Of a DNA stretch of 64,000 nucleotides, positions 1 through 23,000 are shown one piece after another; position 1 is the stretch's first letter, and every line of letters begins with the position of its first letter. The notes under the pieces are model-generated. The model worked only from the letters and a program-made list of their open reading frames with translations. It had not been told where the DNA came from and made no database searches. This DNA comes from Tubiluchus corallicola. Its lineage: Eukaryota > Animalia > Priapulida. The stretch covers positions 248,001 through 312,000 of the forward strand of contig JAQGDQ010000088.1 in assembly GCA_030141605.1 (NCBI GenBank), in the 5' to 3' direction. The translations under genes were made by a program, and so were the position numbers.

Positions 1-49
1 TGCTGATGGCTGGAATGCACCAGTTGATCTATATTTTTTACAGAAAAGT

Positions 50-362
50 ATGTTAGTCTTATCTACTGATATGATCAGTATAAACCTATAAAACATTTTA
101 TACATGTATCATGGTAAGCAAAAAGCACATTACAATGAATAGATTAATTAAACTTTGACTAATAAATGTCACGATTTTTAAGCTTTTCTAAATTTATTTT
201 TGCATTCATGTTAGTCTTTTCTACTGATATGATCAGTATAAACCTATAAAACATTTTATACATGTATCATGGTAAGCAAAAAGCACATTATAATGAATAG
301 ATTAATTAAACTTTGACTAATAAATGTCACGATTTTTAAGCTTTTCTAAATTTATTTCTGCA
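50..362. repeat. Local tandem duplication, 2 copies, ~158-bp period
   Basis: ATGTTAGTCTT..CTACTGATATGATCAGTATAAACC...TTTCTAAATTTATTT.TGCA occurs at ~50-204 and ~208-362 with only a few mismatches. Confidence 0.9.
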
Positions 363-792
363 CGACATATTTTCGGAATTGTTTGTATTTTAGTTTTGAA
401 ATAATAACACCAGATATAGATATGACAAAGTAGCCACTAAGTGCTGGTTCTGTAGATTTCTTTTGCTAATTCCCATTTGAACTCTGATCATATGAAAAAT
501 AAAAAAAACATCTGTTGAATATCAAAGCTTGTGTTTTCTTGGGTTGCTGCTAGCTAACTACTTTGTCCATCAGCATCAGTATTATTTGAGCAGACCCATG
601 TTAGTGAGCCTTTGATAGAGGTTTGATAGAACAATAACTATCAGTACTTGGTAAATTGACAGTAACGCTGTAACCTGAACTATTTAGCCCTGAAATAAAA
701 CCTTAGTCCATGAAACATTTTTCAAGTATTTACTAAATACCTATTGAGATTTGAAACTAAAAATTTTTTATAACTAAACAATTTATTTTTAG

Positions 793-10691
<9,899 letters not shown>

Positions 10692-13499
10692 GTAGCTGAA
10701 CTGACACCGATTGACTTGGTCTATAGTTGGAAGATTGTATATGAAAAAAGGTCTAAGATCACGAACTTGTTATTCATCATTCTGACTGGTTACTTCACTT
10801 ACTTGATATTGCTAGTAATTCAAATATTACTGCAGTTCTAATATCACTAATATTTTAGATTCCAGCAAGTTATTTCTTGACAATTTAATATTTTTTAAAG
10901 TTTCTTGATACTGAATCGTCAATGTCCTGTCGGCTAGCTAACTCATCTATTTGTGTGTATATGCTTGAATAACTTGTCATTTTAAATAAGGTGTTATTAT
11001 TAGGAATGTGGGGACTGTACTATACAGTGGACCTATCAATGTAAATAAATGGTAATTGTAATCCCTTTGAGCTTTAAGAGTATGTGCACCAAAGCAATGG
11101 AACTCCCTCATTATTTTAAATGCACACTGCTCATATTAGTTAGCACACTTTCATTATTTGTATTTATTGATGTTAACTATTATCAAAAAGAAGTAGGCAG
11201 GGTACCAGTTAATTGAGTATTCAGAAAAGCTAGTATGACCAGCATAATCATACTTACTAGATTGGAATTTGCAGCAGAAAGAGGCAGGCATTATGGCTGT
11301 GAAGTTTAGCTTTGTTGATGTGATGTTTCAGTGCGTTCTGTGAGTTGATCGATATAATTAAAGTGGCTTATTTGTCGTTCATTTGTCACCTCTCAGACTG
11401 TTTAATAATTGTAATTCACTGATGAACAGTAATTGATTTACATTAATAACATATGGTAGTGATCAATTGTTTAGTTGGCACACCAATAGTATATAGCGGC
11501 AAAAATAAATAAAAATATCTATCTATAGAACATGGGTTTCTTGTCTTCATTTGTTGTCTTTCTTGTGTGACAAAAAATTGCATTATTTTACTTAATTTTT
11601 TTTTATTTTACACTTACATTTACATTATTTTTGCACTTAATAGCTGACGTGATAGTGACTTTGAAAGTAAAATCTCATCTTGCATTCATAATTTCAAACG
11701 GGGTTAATTTGTACATTTCAGCAAATATTTGTCATACTAACCTAAATCTAAGACTAAAATAAATTATTACATTTAGTCATCATCATTAGGTCCCTGACTT
11801 TCAAAATCTAGGACCTTAAGATGTCATGCATTGTCTCTCAGAGAGGATCCAGATCGATGAGTCCATCAGCTCAATGCGAGAAATACCTGTTGCTATTGGA
11901 AATCCAACTGTGACAAAATTATTTTAACCCCCTCCAGGGAAGGCAGATCCCGAATTCTAACAATTGCAACTATTTGTTGCAAAGGCAGGTTTTGTCCTGC
12001 AAAATGTCAACATATAGATGTTAGGTGAATGGTGATGGCCTGCAATGACTATCTCATCTCGAGAGAGGGAGTACACAGGGTGGTGGGTATAGTGGGAGAA
12101 TCTGAGTCAGCAGGGGGTATCTAGGGTGGTTTGTATAGTGGGAGAATCTGAGTCAGCTCAATGCGAGACAATTATATGTGATTGTAACCTATTAGCAACC
12201 CAGCTATGACATGAATATTTGATCCCCTATCTGACCTCCAGGAGGTCCTGATTCAAATAATTGCAGATGAAGTGTTATGAAGGCAAGTTTTGTACCATCA
12301 AAATATCAAGTGTAGGTGCTAGATGACTGTATGTACAAAGCTTGCTGTATGAAATTTGGACAAGAAAACTATTTGACCAGTAGGCACAGTTGAGAAATTA
12401 ACGTTCATTGCGTACCTTTTTTGTTTGTGAGAATTTATTGCAGCTTGTAATAAATTAATTTCCTTCGTCACTTATTGAATTTACAACTGATTGAATTTAC
12501 TTGTTAGTTTTCTTTTGTATAATATATATTAATACATAATAATTTACAAGCTTGGCTTTTTTAAAGCCCTGCAACACAAATCATTTAAATGTGAATAGCT
12601 ATTCTTTTTTTCAAAATTTGCTTCTTTTGATGTTTCTCGCTAATTGTCAACCATTGAAGTATTGGAGACTTTTGTTTCTTTTATAATGTGTTATAATACA
12701 GAAATGACAATAAATTGCTTGCTTACCATTGATTAAATTTTCACTGTTGAAGCAAACCTCGTAGAAAATTAGGTCTACATTGATAAGTGTGATCGATTTG
12801 TGTATTCTTTCATAAATTTAAGCAGATTACTCACATTTTCTCCTTCTGAAGCGGTATTATACTATGTCTTTTTATAGTGAAATTCTTCATCTTTTGGCCT
12901 GCCAAATTCTATTTAAAAATTTCTTCAATGATTTTTACTGAATTCTATTCGCGGTTGCAAAGTGCATATGCTATACATATCATAGTGTTCCAATTTTTAT
13001 TGTGTTTAACCAGTCGCAAATGGCGATTTCATTAGTCTATTGTAGTACTCATTCATTACATGAATCAGATCTCTTTGGTGGGCCTTGTCCCGTGTTTTCC
13101 ATTTACTACTTTTCAAATTATTGAGATGACTAATAATTTAAAAAATAACATACCAATGGAGACAGGTTGCGAAAAGACCAATGGTCACCAAATAAACCAC
13201 CACTATCCTTACATAAAAAATAAAAATTACTGTGTGCGTTAGGAATTATTAACAATGAAGTATACAAATGTGGAAAGAAGCTTAGTCAAGCACAATTAAA
13301 CATAGTGAAGTAATCCAATTATCTTTATCACTAACCAATTAAATATTCAATTGTAAGTCAGTAACCGTTGTTTGGCCAAATAAAGAAGCCAAAGATAATA
13401 TAATAACAAAAAATCAAGCTAATGATAAAATAATCATTCAAACAAAGCACAGAAAGACAACCAATTTGGCGAAAGATTTCTATCAGTGGTTACTTCAGA

Positions 13500-13900
13500 G
13501 GACGATTGGGTGTTGTCGTGGATGACCAACTCAAGTTTCGCACACATCAGTGATAAAGTTGCTAGGGCAAATCAGACAATTAGAGCTATCTCGAACAATT
13601 GCGAGTAGGAATAGAAACATCAACATGTGATTTGGGAGTGTCAAATGTACACTGCATCAAATAGAACTTAAACTGAAAAGTGACGAACAAAATTAGCGTT
13701 TAAAAAGCTCTGTGACCATTATGTCCTTACTTGATAACTCATCCTTAGGGATGAAGTGGGTTCAGCATATCCATAGTATTCGCAGATCATACCAATATAA
13801 AGCTCTAGTGATGCCATATGCTGAATTTGCAAGTCAAATTTGAAGCCCGCATCACCTCAAGGATATTTCAGCTTTAGAGAAAGTGCTAAAGAGAACAGTG
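13500..13900 (+). mobile_element. Degenerate CR1/L2-type LINE ORF2 fragment
   Basis: Frameshifted translation gives LGVVVDDQLKF, DKVARANQTIRAI and YKALVMPYAEFASQI*SPHHLKDISALEKVLKR, which are typical post-RT motifs of CR1-group LINEs. Confidence 0.7.
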
Positions 13901-14009
13901 GTTAAAGGATTATACCCTATGTGAGTTGCGTCATAAAAACGATAAGAATTGCGTAGAATCCCGTTTCTACTTTTGCAAAACCTCTGCTAGTTTTATTTCA
14001 TTGGATGAA

Positions 14010-14102
14010 ACCTTGCACCGGAAGAGCTTATACCGCCCAGTTACTCATGAACAGGAAGTGGTTAAATTGTGACTTACCGGTGAGGAGTGTGTGCCGTCTT
14101 TT
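14010..14102 (+). promoter_or_regulatory. Putative CAP promoter and non-coding first exon
   Basis: ETS-like CCGGAAG (~14018) and CAGGAAGTG (~14052) motifs are followed by a consensus donor TT|GTAAGT at 14103. The CAP ATG exon begins right after an acceptor (TTTCTAG|ACC ATG, 15434), so an upstream UTR exon is expected. Confidence 0.45.
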
Positions 14103-15437
14103 GTAAGTAATTTTTGCCAAAGTTAAGGGAGAAATACACCGGAGAACTCGAGTAAGCAAAACTTTACCATTTGTCGTGTGCAAATAGCTCTCATAACACA
14201 TTATTTTAACCAATAAACTTTAACAATTAAACTCTTCTGTACACGATTAGGCCTTCGTTCATAAACGTCTAGCTTAAAAGTTGAGGCAGAGAAACTGGAA
14301 AATTCCGCCAGCACCAACCCAAATAGTTTATAAGTGGTTTTGTAGAGGTTCACGATACTCTTTTAGTAGCTAAAAATGAGAATTTTTTTCGATGTGTGAA
14401 CCATTTGCTTTCAGTATTCATCCTGAATGATCATGCATATCTAAATGAAACTATATTTAGTTGTAAACTGAATTCAACCAGGGAGCTCCGAGGAAGGGTA
14501 AAATTAATGACACCGATATTAAACTTTCATTGTTATTATGTATTTTGGTGTTGTAGTGTATGTTTACTTGCTGTACCATGAGAATAATAATGAACAGATT
14601 TAGTCAAAAATAGTATTTCAAAAGTAAAATATATGCAGTCAATGGCCTGCAGCTTGTGCGTTGCTTGCCTTCTAATTTCCATGACATGATTATGCTGTAT
14701 GGCGCTACGACTATCTTTATGACAACCTAATGAATTTGCTTGACCTAGCCAGCTTGCAGCTAATGAGAATGAATGAGAGGAGATGCAGATTGCAGAAGTT
14801 CATTGTCATTAAGTGAATCGTCACTAAACAGACAGTATGAGGCAAGAGCTGAACTTGGACTATGAGAAAACTTGAATTTTTAAGCTGTTGTTTAAATGCC
14901 ATCATTACCATTATTACGTTTTTGGTGCAGTCTGTGGCAGGTATTGTTGGTGGTAGTTTTGGTCTTTCATAGAGAATGTGCAAAGCTTTCTCTCAGTAGT
15001 AACTCTTCATTGTAATTTTACAAGACAGCTGCAAATACAGTGTTGATGTACTCTTGCTCTTGAAGAGTTTTGCTCTTGAAAAACATATAGGTATTCAAAA
15101 AATGTTCGTCTACTCTTTAGATGTAAGTTATGAGTACATAAAGTTAATTGATAAGTGTCTGCTGTGTAAATTTTTTGTACTAATTAAGCATTTAGCCTAT
15201 GTGGGTTGTGAAATTGACTGTAAAGTAACTAATATTAGTCAGACAAGTGGGACCTGTCCTGTTCCGAAGAGCTGTAAAATTTTGTTTTGAGTTTAAGAAA
15301 GTTTAGTTTGGGATTATCTGTATAATAAAAGGATTTTATTGTAGTAGCTGTAGCTTCATGTACATGGTAAATCAATTGTGCTATAGCTCTTTTGTAATCT
15401 CTTTGATGCTTAACCTATTGCTTAACCTTTCTAGACC

Positions 15438-18400
15438 ATGGACGCAGATTTAAAAAGCTTAATTGAGAGACTGGAAGCAGTCACTTCAAGATTGGAACTA
15501 GTAGGTGGGCATTCTGGTGTTACCAGTCAGTCTTCTGCCATTGTTGCAGGTATATGTCTCTTAATTGCTTTGAACAACTTTACAATTTTCCAAGTAAATA
15601 ATGCATGTGTTAGATGCTATGTATGAAATGCCTAGGTGTTATGGGCTTTTAAAAAATGTTAAAGAAACCTCTTGTAATGTGAAATTGACATATTGTATAA
15701 AAACAAGGAATTGCAATTATAGATTACTTAACAGACTTTGTTAATTACTAAAAAGCAGAAACTTGGGTTAATTACTGTACAAAGAACACATTTCTTATTA
15801 AATCCAACCTTCTTTTGGTACGTGTAAATCAAGTTAGATAAATCATTAAGCAAGCCTAAAGCAAGCTGACAAATTATATTTTGTCTTACAAAACAAATCT
15901 ATATCTTTGTCAGTCTTTAGTTATCAAAAAAAGCAGGTGTGTTCTAAAGTAACTCACTCGGTTCAAAGGTAATTCATATTAGGCGATTCACAATATAATT
16001 TTCTTTCATATAATTTTACAATTCTATAGAGTGCCTTTCATGTCATAGATTGCTTTTCCACTAGTAATCATTTACCTAAGGATGGTTTGTTCTATTTACT
16101 TTTGATTGATGTTTTTGTTCAGGTAGAAAAATAGTTTTCTTGCTGCAAATGCTGAGCCTTTTTTAACTCAGTAGTTTCACTTATTATCTGTTTTAGTAGA
16201 ATAGTGTTAATAAACTAGCACAGGTTTTTTCTACTTCAGTTAGGATTGAACTAAGGTCTGTCTTGATGACAAGGGGTTTTGTTTTGGGCTTAGTTTAATT
16301 GGTCTACATCCAGGTGCACCTCTGATTTCTTTTCAAACTTCTATTTTTGTTTAGATTTTGTCAAACTCATTTAAGCAGTAGCAAATTTCCAGTTGATGAA
16401 CATGTCTCATTTTACACTTTGTCTAATAGACAATTAACCATTTGTTTTCTTTTGGTCATTTTATCCAATAAAATTTAATATTTTGCAAACTATTTGAAAG
16501 ATACATTGTGTTTCTGTTTTTTCTTATGTCTACTATTTTGTTCGCGCTTAAAATGATTTTCTAAGTTCAAATCAGTGAAAATTTCATTAACTTATTGACA
16601 CATTTACTCAGCTCAGCTGTGTCGACTTAGCCAAAGTTAACATCTCCCAACATATGGCATTAGCGGCAGGAAGAACTGCATGTTTGTCTAGTGATGTACA
16701 AGTTTTGCTATCTAGCTACGCTGCATGGAGTTTATCCAGCATTGGCAGCATTTACTGTTAGCTGAACCTAGAACTTTGTACTATGTTTGAGGTGTTTTGT
16801 AATATTGGTAGCAGCAGGGAATAAGGCTCATCAACTAATGTATATTTTTTACTGTTCATTGTCCTAACATAAAAGTTTTGAAGAAGCAGGTTTTCAACAT
16901 GCAATTGTATATATGAAAACCATCAAGTTAGTTAATTTGGAGTTGGTAACTTTCTTTTTATAGAGGAGCTCACAGTTAGTGTAATGGAATATGATGAACT
17001 ATTGAAGGGTGCCTTTGCACAATACTTGCAACTTAGTGCTGAGATTGGTGGAACTATTAAAGAACAGGTAATATTATACTTGCTTGTAACTTTCTTTAAA
17101 TAAGAATTATCTGTATGCATTTTACGAATTTTGTTCGCATTTTTAGCTTTCTCCCATTCATAGTAAATTTTCATTCACACTTACTAGTGACACTGGTATA
17201 CGTTTGCACCCTGACTTGTATAAGTAAACAAAGATACATTTGCTTATAGTTAATCAATAATCAGTGAATATGACTAAGTTATTTTCTTCCTTCCATCATT
17301 CACCACATGTGTTGAACAATATTTTAAATAGTAAATTATGAAGCTTTTTAACATAAACTGTAGACATATTGTTTGTGTGTAGGCGACTATGGATTGTTAC
17401 TGTACATGTTTACATATATATTTGCTCATGCTTACTTTGGTCTTATATTGCTGGTCCATATGTGATGGCCTTGCTTGCCAACACACTTCTTGGTCTTGTG
17501 ACTAGCACAGACGAATAATGGATTGGTATTATCTATCAATAATAAATTTAAATTCTTAAGCACAAAAATTCACAGCTTTATAATAAAATGCTATGAGTCT
17601 ATGAGACGATATTATCTATAGGCTTTATCTTTAGTCGTTATCTATATCTTTAGACTTTGAAATTATTTTGTCCCACTATGTCTATAGATGAATATTAAAC
17701 AAGTTTGAAAGTTGTAAAGATAAATTGCTTTATCATTTTCAGTGTGCACATTTGCACTTTGTGATGTTGATAATGTGTCTATTAAAGGTGTAAAATGTTT
17801 TTTTCAGGGTGACATCGTTAAAGCTGCATTTCAAGCTCAAAGAGAATTTTTAATGATTGCTTCTAGAGCTAAACAGCCTGATCAAGTAAGTTAAATTTTG
17901 CTTTTTCATGAATGGCATAGAAGTTTAACCGATCTCTTATCTTTGCTGATAATTTTTTAAAATGAAAATGTAGGTGTGTAACCAACAGTAAGCATCACTG
18001 CTACTCTTTCAGATTTGGAACATTATAAGTGATGAACGAAGTAACTTTTCGAAAGTTAGCACATTTTTAATTATACACTACATAGTTCTTTAGTTAATAT
18101 CCTCACTTAACAATAAGTAGCAAATTTCAATGATGAATATATTACTTACAGCTATCTTCTGTGAGAAAATGTAGATGTAGACAAACGGCATACACAGTGC
18201 ATTATCATTGTCATGTTAGTTATTTTGTAATAATATGAGCAATAGAGTAGCAATAAAGTTCATAAAACATGATTTTTATGACCCAAGTATTTTTTATTTT
18301 TATTTGATCCTTGCAGTTTGTTTTCTTTGGATTGAAATTGTGAAACACCCTTTGGGTACACCCTGCACTTGAGACTTTAGTCTGATTCTGTCTGAATGTT

Positions 18401-19909
18401 CCCTTCTTTGCGTTTTGCAACTGAGATATGCATGTGCATAAAGATATACAATATGTAGTAATTATATTATGTGATACTGTTAAAAATGCTATAGGTTTTC
18501 TAAATATTTAAAAACATGTTTATTTACATGTTTGTCTTCTTAGGTATGCTAACTGTAGCTGTTAAATAGCCGTAATATTGTAAATTAACAAAAATAATGC
18601 AAAGATCGCAAATATGTGTTCTTAATACTATAATACCTTATTTATATAAGCACTCATGCACTTAGTTGAAGTAGAACTATGTCAAATTCCATGCCTAACT
18701 GTGTTGCATATAAGTTGTGTAGTCTAATATTAAATAAATTATTAAAGAAGTGGAAAAATGTGTAGCCACAATAAAAGTAATTCATTTGGGGATAGCCGAT
18801 TTTATGACTTGTGTTCTTCTTCACAAGTCACTTGTATTGAAGATTTAACCGAAACAGCAATTAGTAGCAATGTCTACACATGATGTGTTCTACTAAGTAA
18901 ATTTATAAATTAGCTTTTGGAGTGCTTATGCAATAAGTTTGTAAGCTTAAAACTAATGTCAGTATAAAAGCTGCAACAACTAATAGCAAAAAATTACCAA
19001 GTTTCACTCTTTGCAGTCACCGCAATGCATTGTTATGAATATACTAATAGCCAAAAGTAGATTGCTTTCATAATGCAGGCCCCCGAGACTGTGCTTTATT
19101 TAGAATACTATGTGGAAAATTATGCGACTTATGGGTTGTTAGGGGGCCAGTACCATTATCAATAATGCGTATATTTTTCACATAGCGTTTTTTATATGCA
19201 GTGAAGTGATCATTTTATGTCAGTATGTGTATTTATATTTTGGAATGTGATTTCTTTCTTATCTTTTATATGTGTTATTGTGAAATTACAGGCGACACTA
19301 ATAAAGATACTTGAACCAACTTCTAGTAACCTGCAAACTGTTCAAGAATTCAAGGAAAAGCACAGAGGTGACCTTTTCTTTAATCATCTCTCAGCAGTGA
19401 GCGAGTCTATACCTGCACTTGGCTGGGTTACTGTTGTAAGTATTTAAAATGAAACAGAAACAGTACATTTTTATGCTAAATGTATAATGCCTATGAAACT
19501 GTCGATTTTTTGAGATAAGCATCTATTAACAAGCAAGCCAAATACTGTCAATATTAATGTTTTTACAATCTTTGCTTAAAGACAAAATCAGCAAACTTTC
19601 ATATGCTGGCTTAAAAGCCAGCCAAAAACTTAGTAATGTATAAATCACTCGTTCAATAAAGATAAATTACATGACTTCATGAATAAGTTTAATGACAATT
19701 ATTTTCCTGAATTACAAATTTGCTGGGACCATGTCTCTGATGACATGATAGTGTCTTATGGCCCGTTTATACATAGGACGTTTCCTCGCTCGATTTCCTG
19801 CAAAGGAAAATCACTTGGTTTTCCTGCATTGCTCGTCATTCAAATATAAAGTGGTTTTTGCATAACTTCATACCACTTTCAGAAATGGCATCGTTTATTG
19901 TGATTGAAA

Positions 19910-19967
<58 letters not shown>

Positions 19968-20023
19968 GGGAGAGAGAGAGAGATTGAGAGAGAGAGAGAG
20001 AGAGAGAGAGGAGATAGAGAGAG

Positions 20024-20077
<54 letters not shown>

Positions 20078-23000
20078 GGGGGTTAATTAAGGTTTGGTTA
20101 GTATGTGTACATTGTACTGAACATACCAAAAATTGTGCTTAGCATTACAAATGGTTTCTATGATCATAGCCTGCCTATAAGGCTATAACAGTTTCTTACA
20201 TAGCAGGTGAATCACTCAATTTAGGAATTTTATAAATAATTCTACTAGTTTATTTTTTGTGTAACACCAATTCAAATGTAAAAACTTTTTCAGTCAATTG
20301 TAAACATAACTAGCTATTGTCAACTTTTGTGTATGAGACTTGTACTGTAAGCATATTCTGTATTTACTTTTCTGTGAACTGAGTTAATTTTTTACTAGCA
20401 AAGGCCCCGCAAAAGATTTTGCGTATAAATACACGTGTAATTAATAATACGCGACCATCCTACCTAGTCCTCATTTATAACACAAAGCCCGTAACATCCT
20501 GCCTACTTACCTAACGCAAAGCCAGCAGCGTTTACTCCTGCCTACTGTATGTTGCAAAGCAGCTTTTTGCTGAATTAAACTTATAGACAGAGTACAATGG
20601 ATGACGTCAGCACAATGGAATGCGTCGCAGTTTTCTAAGCGAGAATTTTCACAGTTTTCTAAGCCAAAATCGCCGAAAATAAAACACCTAATTAACTCGT
20701 CGATACTCCTCTCGGTGGACCTGCCCTAACATATAGCCCACATCATCGTGTAGCCCTGTTCTTCCTCTTTGTAAAGAACCCCATATCTCCTTCCTAGTAT
20801 CCCACCGGGCGACGCTAGAACGTTTTTCCTGCATGCTGTTTGGTCAAAATTTCGAAAAAATCGCGAGTTGGGTCCGGGAAAGCGCACGTTGCGGGGCGCC
20901 CTGGCCCTCTCGGGAATTCTAAATATGCCTACTACACCCACCGCTCAACGGGCTATCTATCCATACCCAGTACCCCCCTCGGCCCGTTCCCGTTCTCTAC
21001 ATCTCAGCCGTATAACTTTTGCAATTTTTTGCAAAAAACGGCCGAAAAAGGGCCATTTTTGGAGGTTTTTCGCCCCCCGTTCCTCCCGGTGGGCCCGATT
21101 CGAAAAATAAACCATCAATGAGAAGACACTAGATCGAGACCTTTCGTTTGATATATAGATCGCCGCAAATGGTGCCGTCGTCGAAGCTGTAGCCTCGAAT
21201 CTTATATATATATATATATATATATATAAATTAAGCCCATACCAAGAATATTAATATAAGAGACTAGCAAAGGCCCCGCAAAAGATTTTGCGTATAAACA
21301 CACGTGTAATCAATAATACGCGAACATCCTACATAGTCCTCAAAAATGCGGGGAACATCCTGCCTACTGTTTGTCTGTTTATCTAACGCAGAGCCAGCAG
21401 GCAGCTTTTTGCTGAATTAAAGTTATAAGATTATAGGCAGAGTACAATGGATGACGTCACAACAATGGCTTTGCGTCAGCAGTTTTCTAAGCGAAAATTG
21501 CCGAAAATAGAACATCTAATTAACTCGCCAGTACTCCTTTCGGTGGACCTGTCCTAAAATATAGCCCACATCATCGTGTAGCCCCGTTCTTCCTCTTTCT
21601 GATGAGCCCCATATCTCCTTCCGAGAGTCCCACCAGGCGATGCTAGAACGTTTTTTCCGCAGGCTGTTTGCGTGGCGCCGTGGTCCTCTCGCGAATTCTA
21701 AATAGGCCTATGACACCCACCGCTGAACGGGCTATCTATCCATACCCAGCACCACTCTCGGCCCGTTCCCGTTCTCTACATCTCAGCCATATAACTTTTG
21801 CAAAAAACGGCCGAAAAATGGCCATTTTTGGAGGGCCCGATTCGAAAAATAAACTCCCAAAGAGACGACACTAGATCGAGACCTTTCGTTTGATATATAG
21901 ATTGCCGCAAATGGTGCCTCGTCGAAGCTGTAGCCTCGAATCTATATATATATATATATATACCAAGAATATTAATATAAGGGACTAGCCAAACCCCACA
22001 AAAAGAATTTTGTGCACAAATCAACACACAACCCACACCACACCACTCTACCTCATCACACCACACTGCACCACACCATACCACTCCACCTCATCGCACC
22101 ACACAATACCACCGCACCGCACCACACCATACCACCTACACACCACACCACCCACACCATACCACTCCACCACATCACACCACACCATACCACTGCACCA
22201 CCCACACACCACACCACCCACACCATAATACTCCACCACATCACACCGTACAGCACCACACCATAACACCACACTGCATCACACCACCCACCCACCTACA
22301 CACCACACCACCCACACCATACCACTCCACCACATCACACGACACCGCACCACACCATACCACTGCAGCACACCGCACCACCCACACACCACACCACCCA
22401 CACCATACGACTCCACCACATCACACCACACTGCACCACACCATACCACTGCACCACACCGCACCACCCACACACCACACCACACACACCATAATACTCC
22501 ACCACATCACACCACACTGCAGCACAATACCTACCCACCCACACACCACGCCACCCACTCCATACCACACTACCCACACCACACCCCACACACCCTATCA
22601 CCCCACCACACCATCCATAGCACAACACACAAAGCACACCACCACCACACCACATCAAATCCACCACCTCACGTGGTGATCATGATGTTGATGATGATGA
22701 TGATGGTGGCAACGATGACGACACCTATAGCACAAGCACCAACAGTACAGCATTACAACAAAACCATTCCAAACATTTTTCACAAAGTTGAAACTATGTG
22801 CTATAATATAATAAATAGCAAAGGCCCCGTAAAAGATTTTGCGTAAAAAACCACGTGTAATCAATAACACGCGAACATCCTACCTAGTCCTCATTTATTA
22901 CACAAAGCCCGTAACATCCTGCCTACTGTTTGTTTAACTAACGCAAAGCCTGTAGCTTTTGCTGAATTAAAGTTATAAGATTACAGCAGAGTACAATGGA

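Noticed and set aside
16264-16325. Possible intronic C/D snoRNA (TGATGA...CTGA) in CAP
   Set aside because: No convincing terminal stem or recognisable rRNA-complementary guide; such boxes arise by chance.
19836-20129. Ser/Leu-repeat ORF (likewise the Arg/Glu and Ser/Leu ORFs at 46463-46900)
   Set aside because: Translation of (GA)n microsatellites.
21598-21610. CTGATGAG hammerhead-like core in array unit 2
   Set aside because: The other three copies read (C/G)TAAAGA at this position, and I found no suitably paired stems with GAAA.
22010-22870. His/Thr-rich and Trp/Cys/Val-rich ORFs
   Set aside because: Translation of the CACCA minisatellite, open in many frames on both strands.
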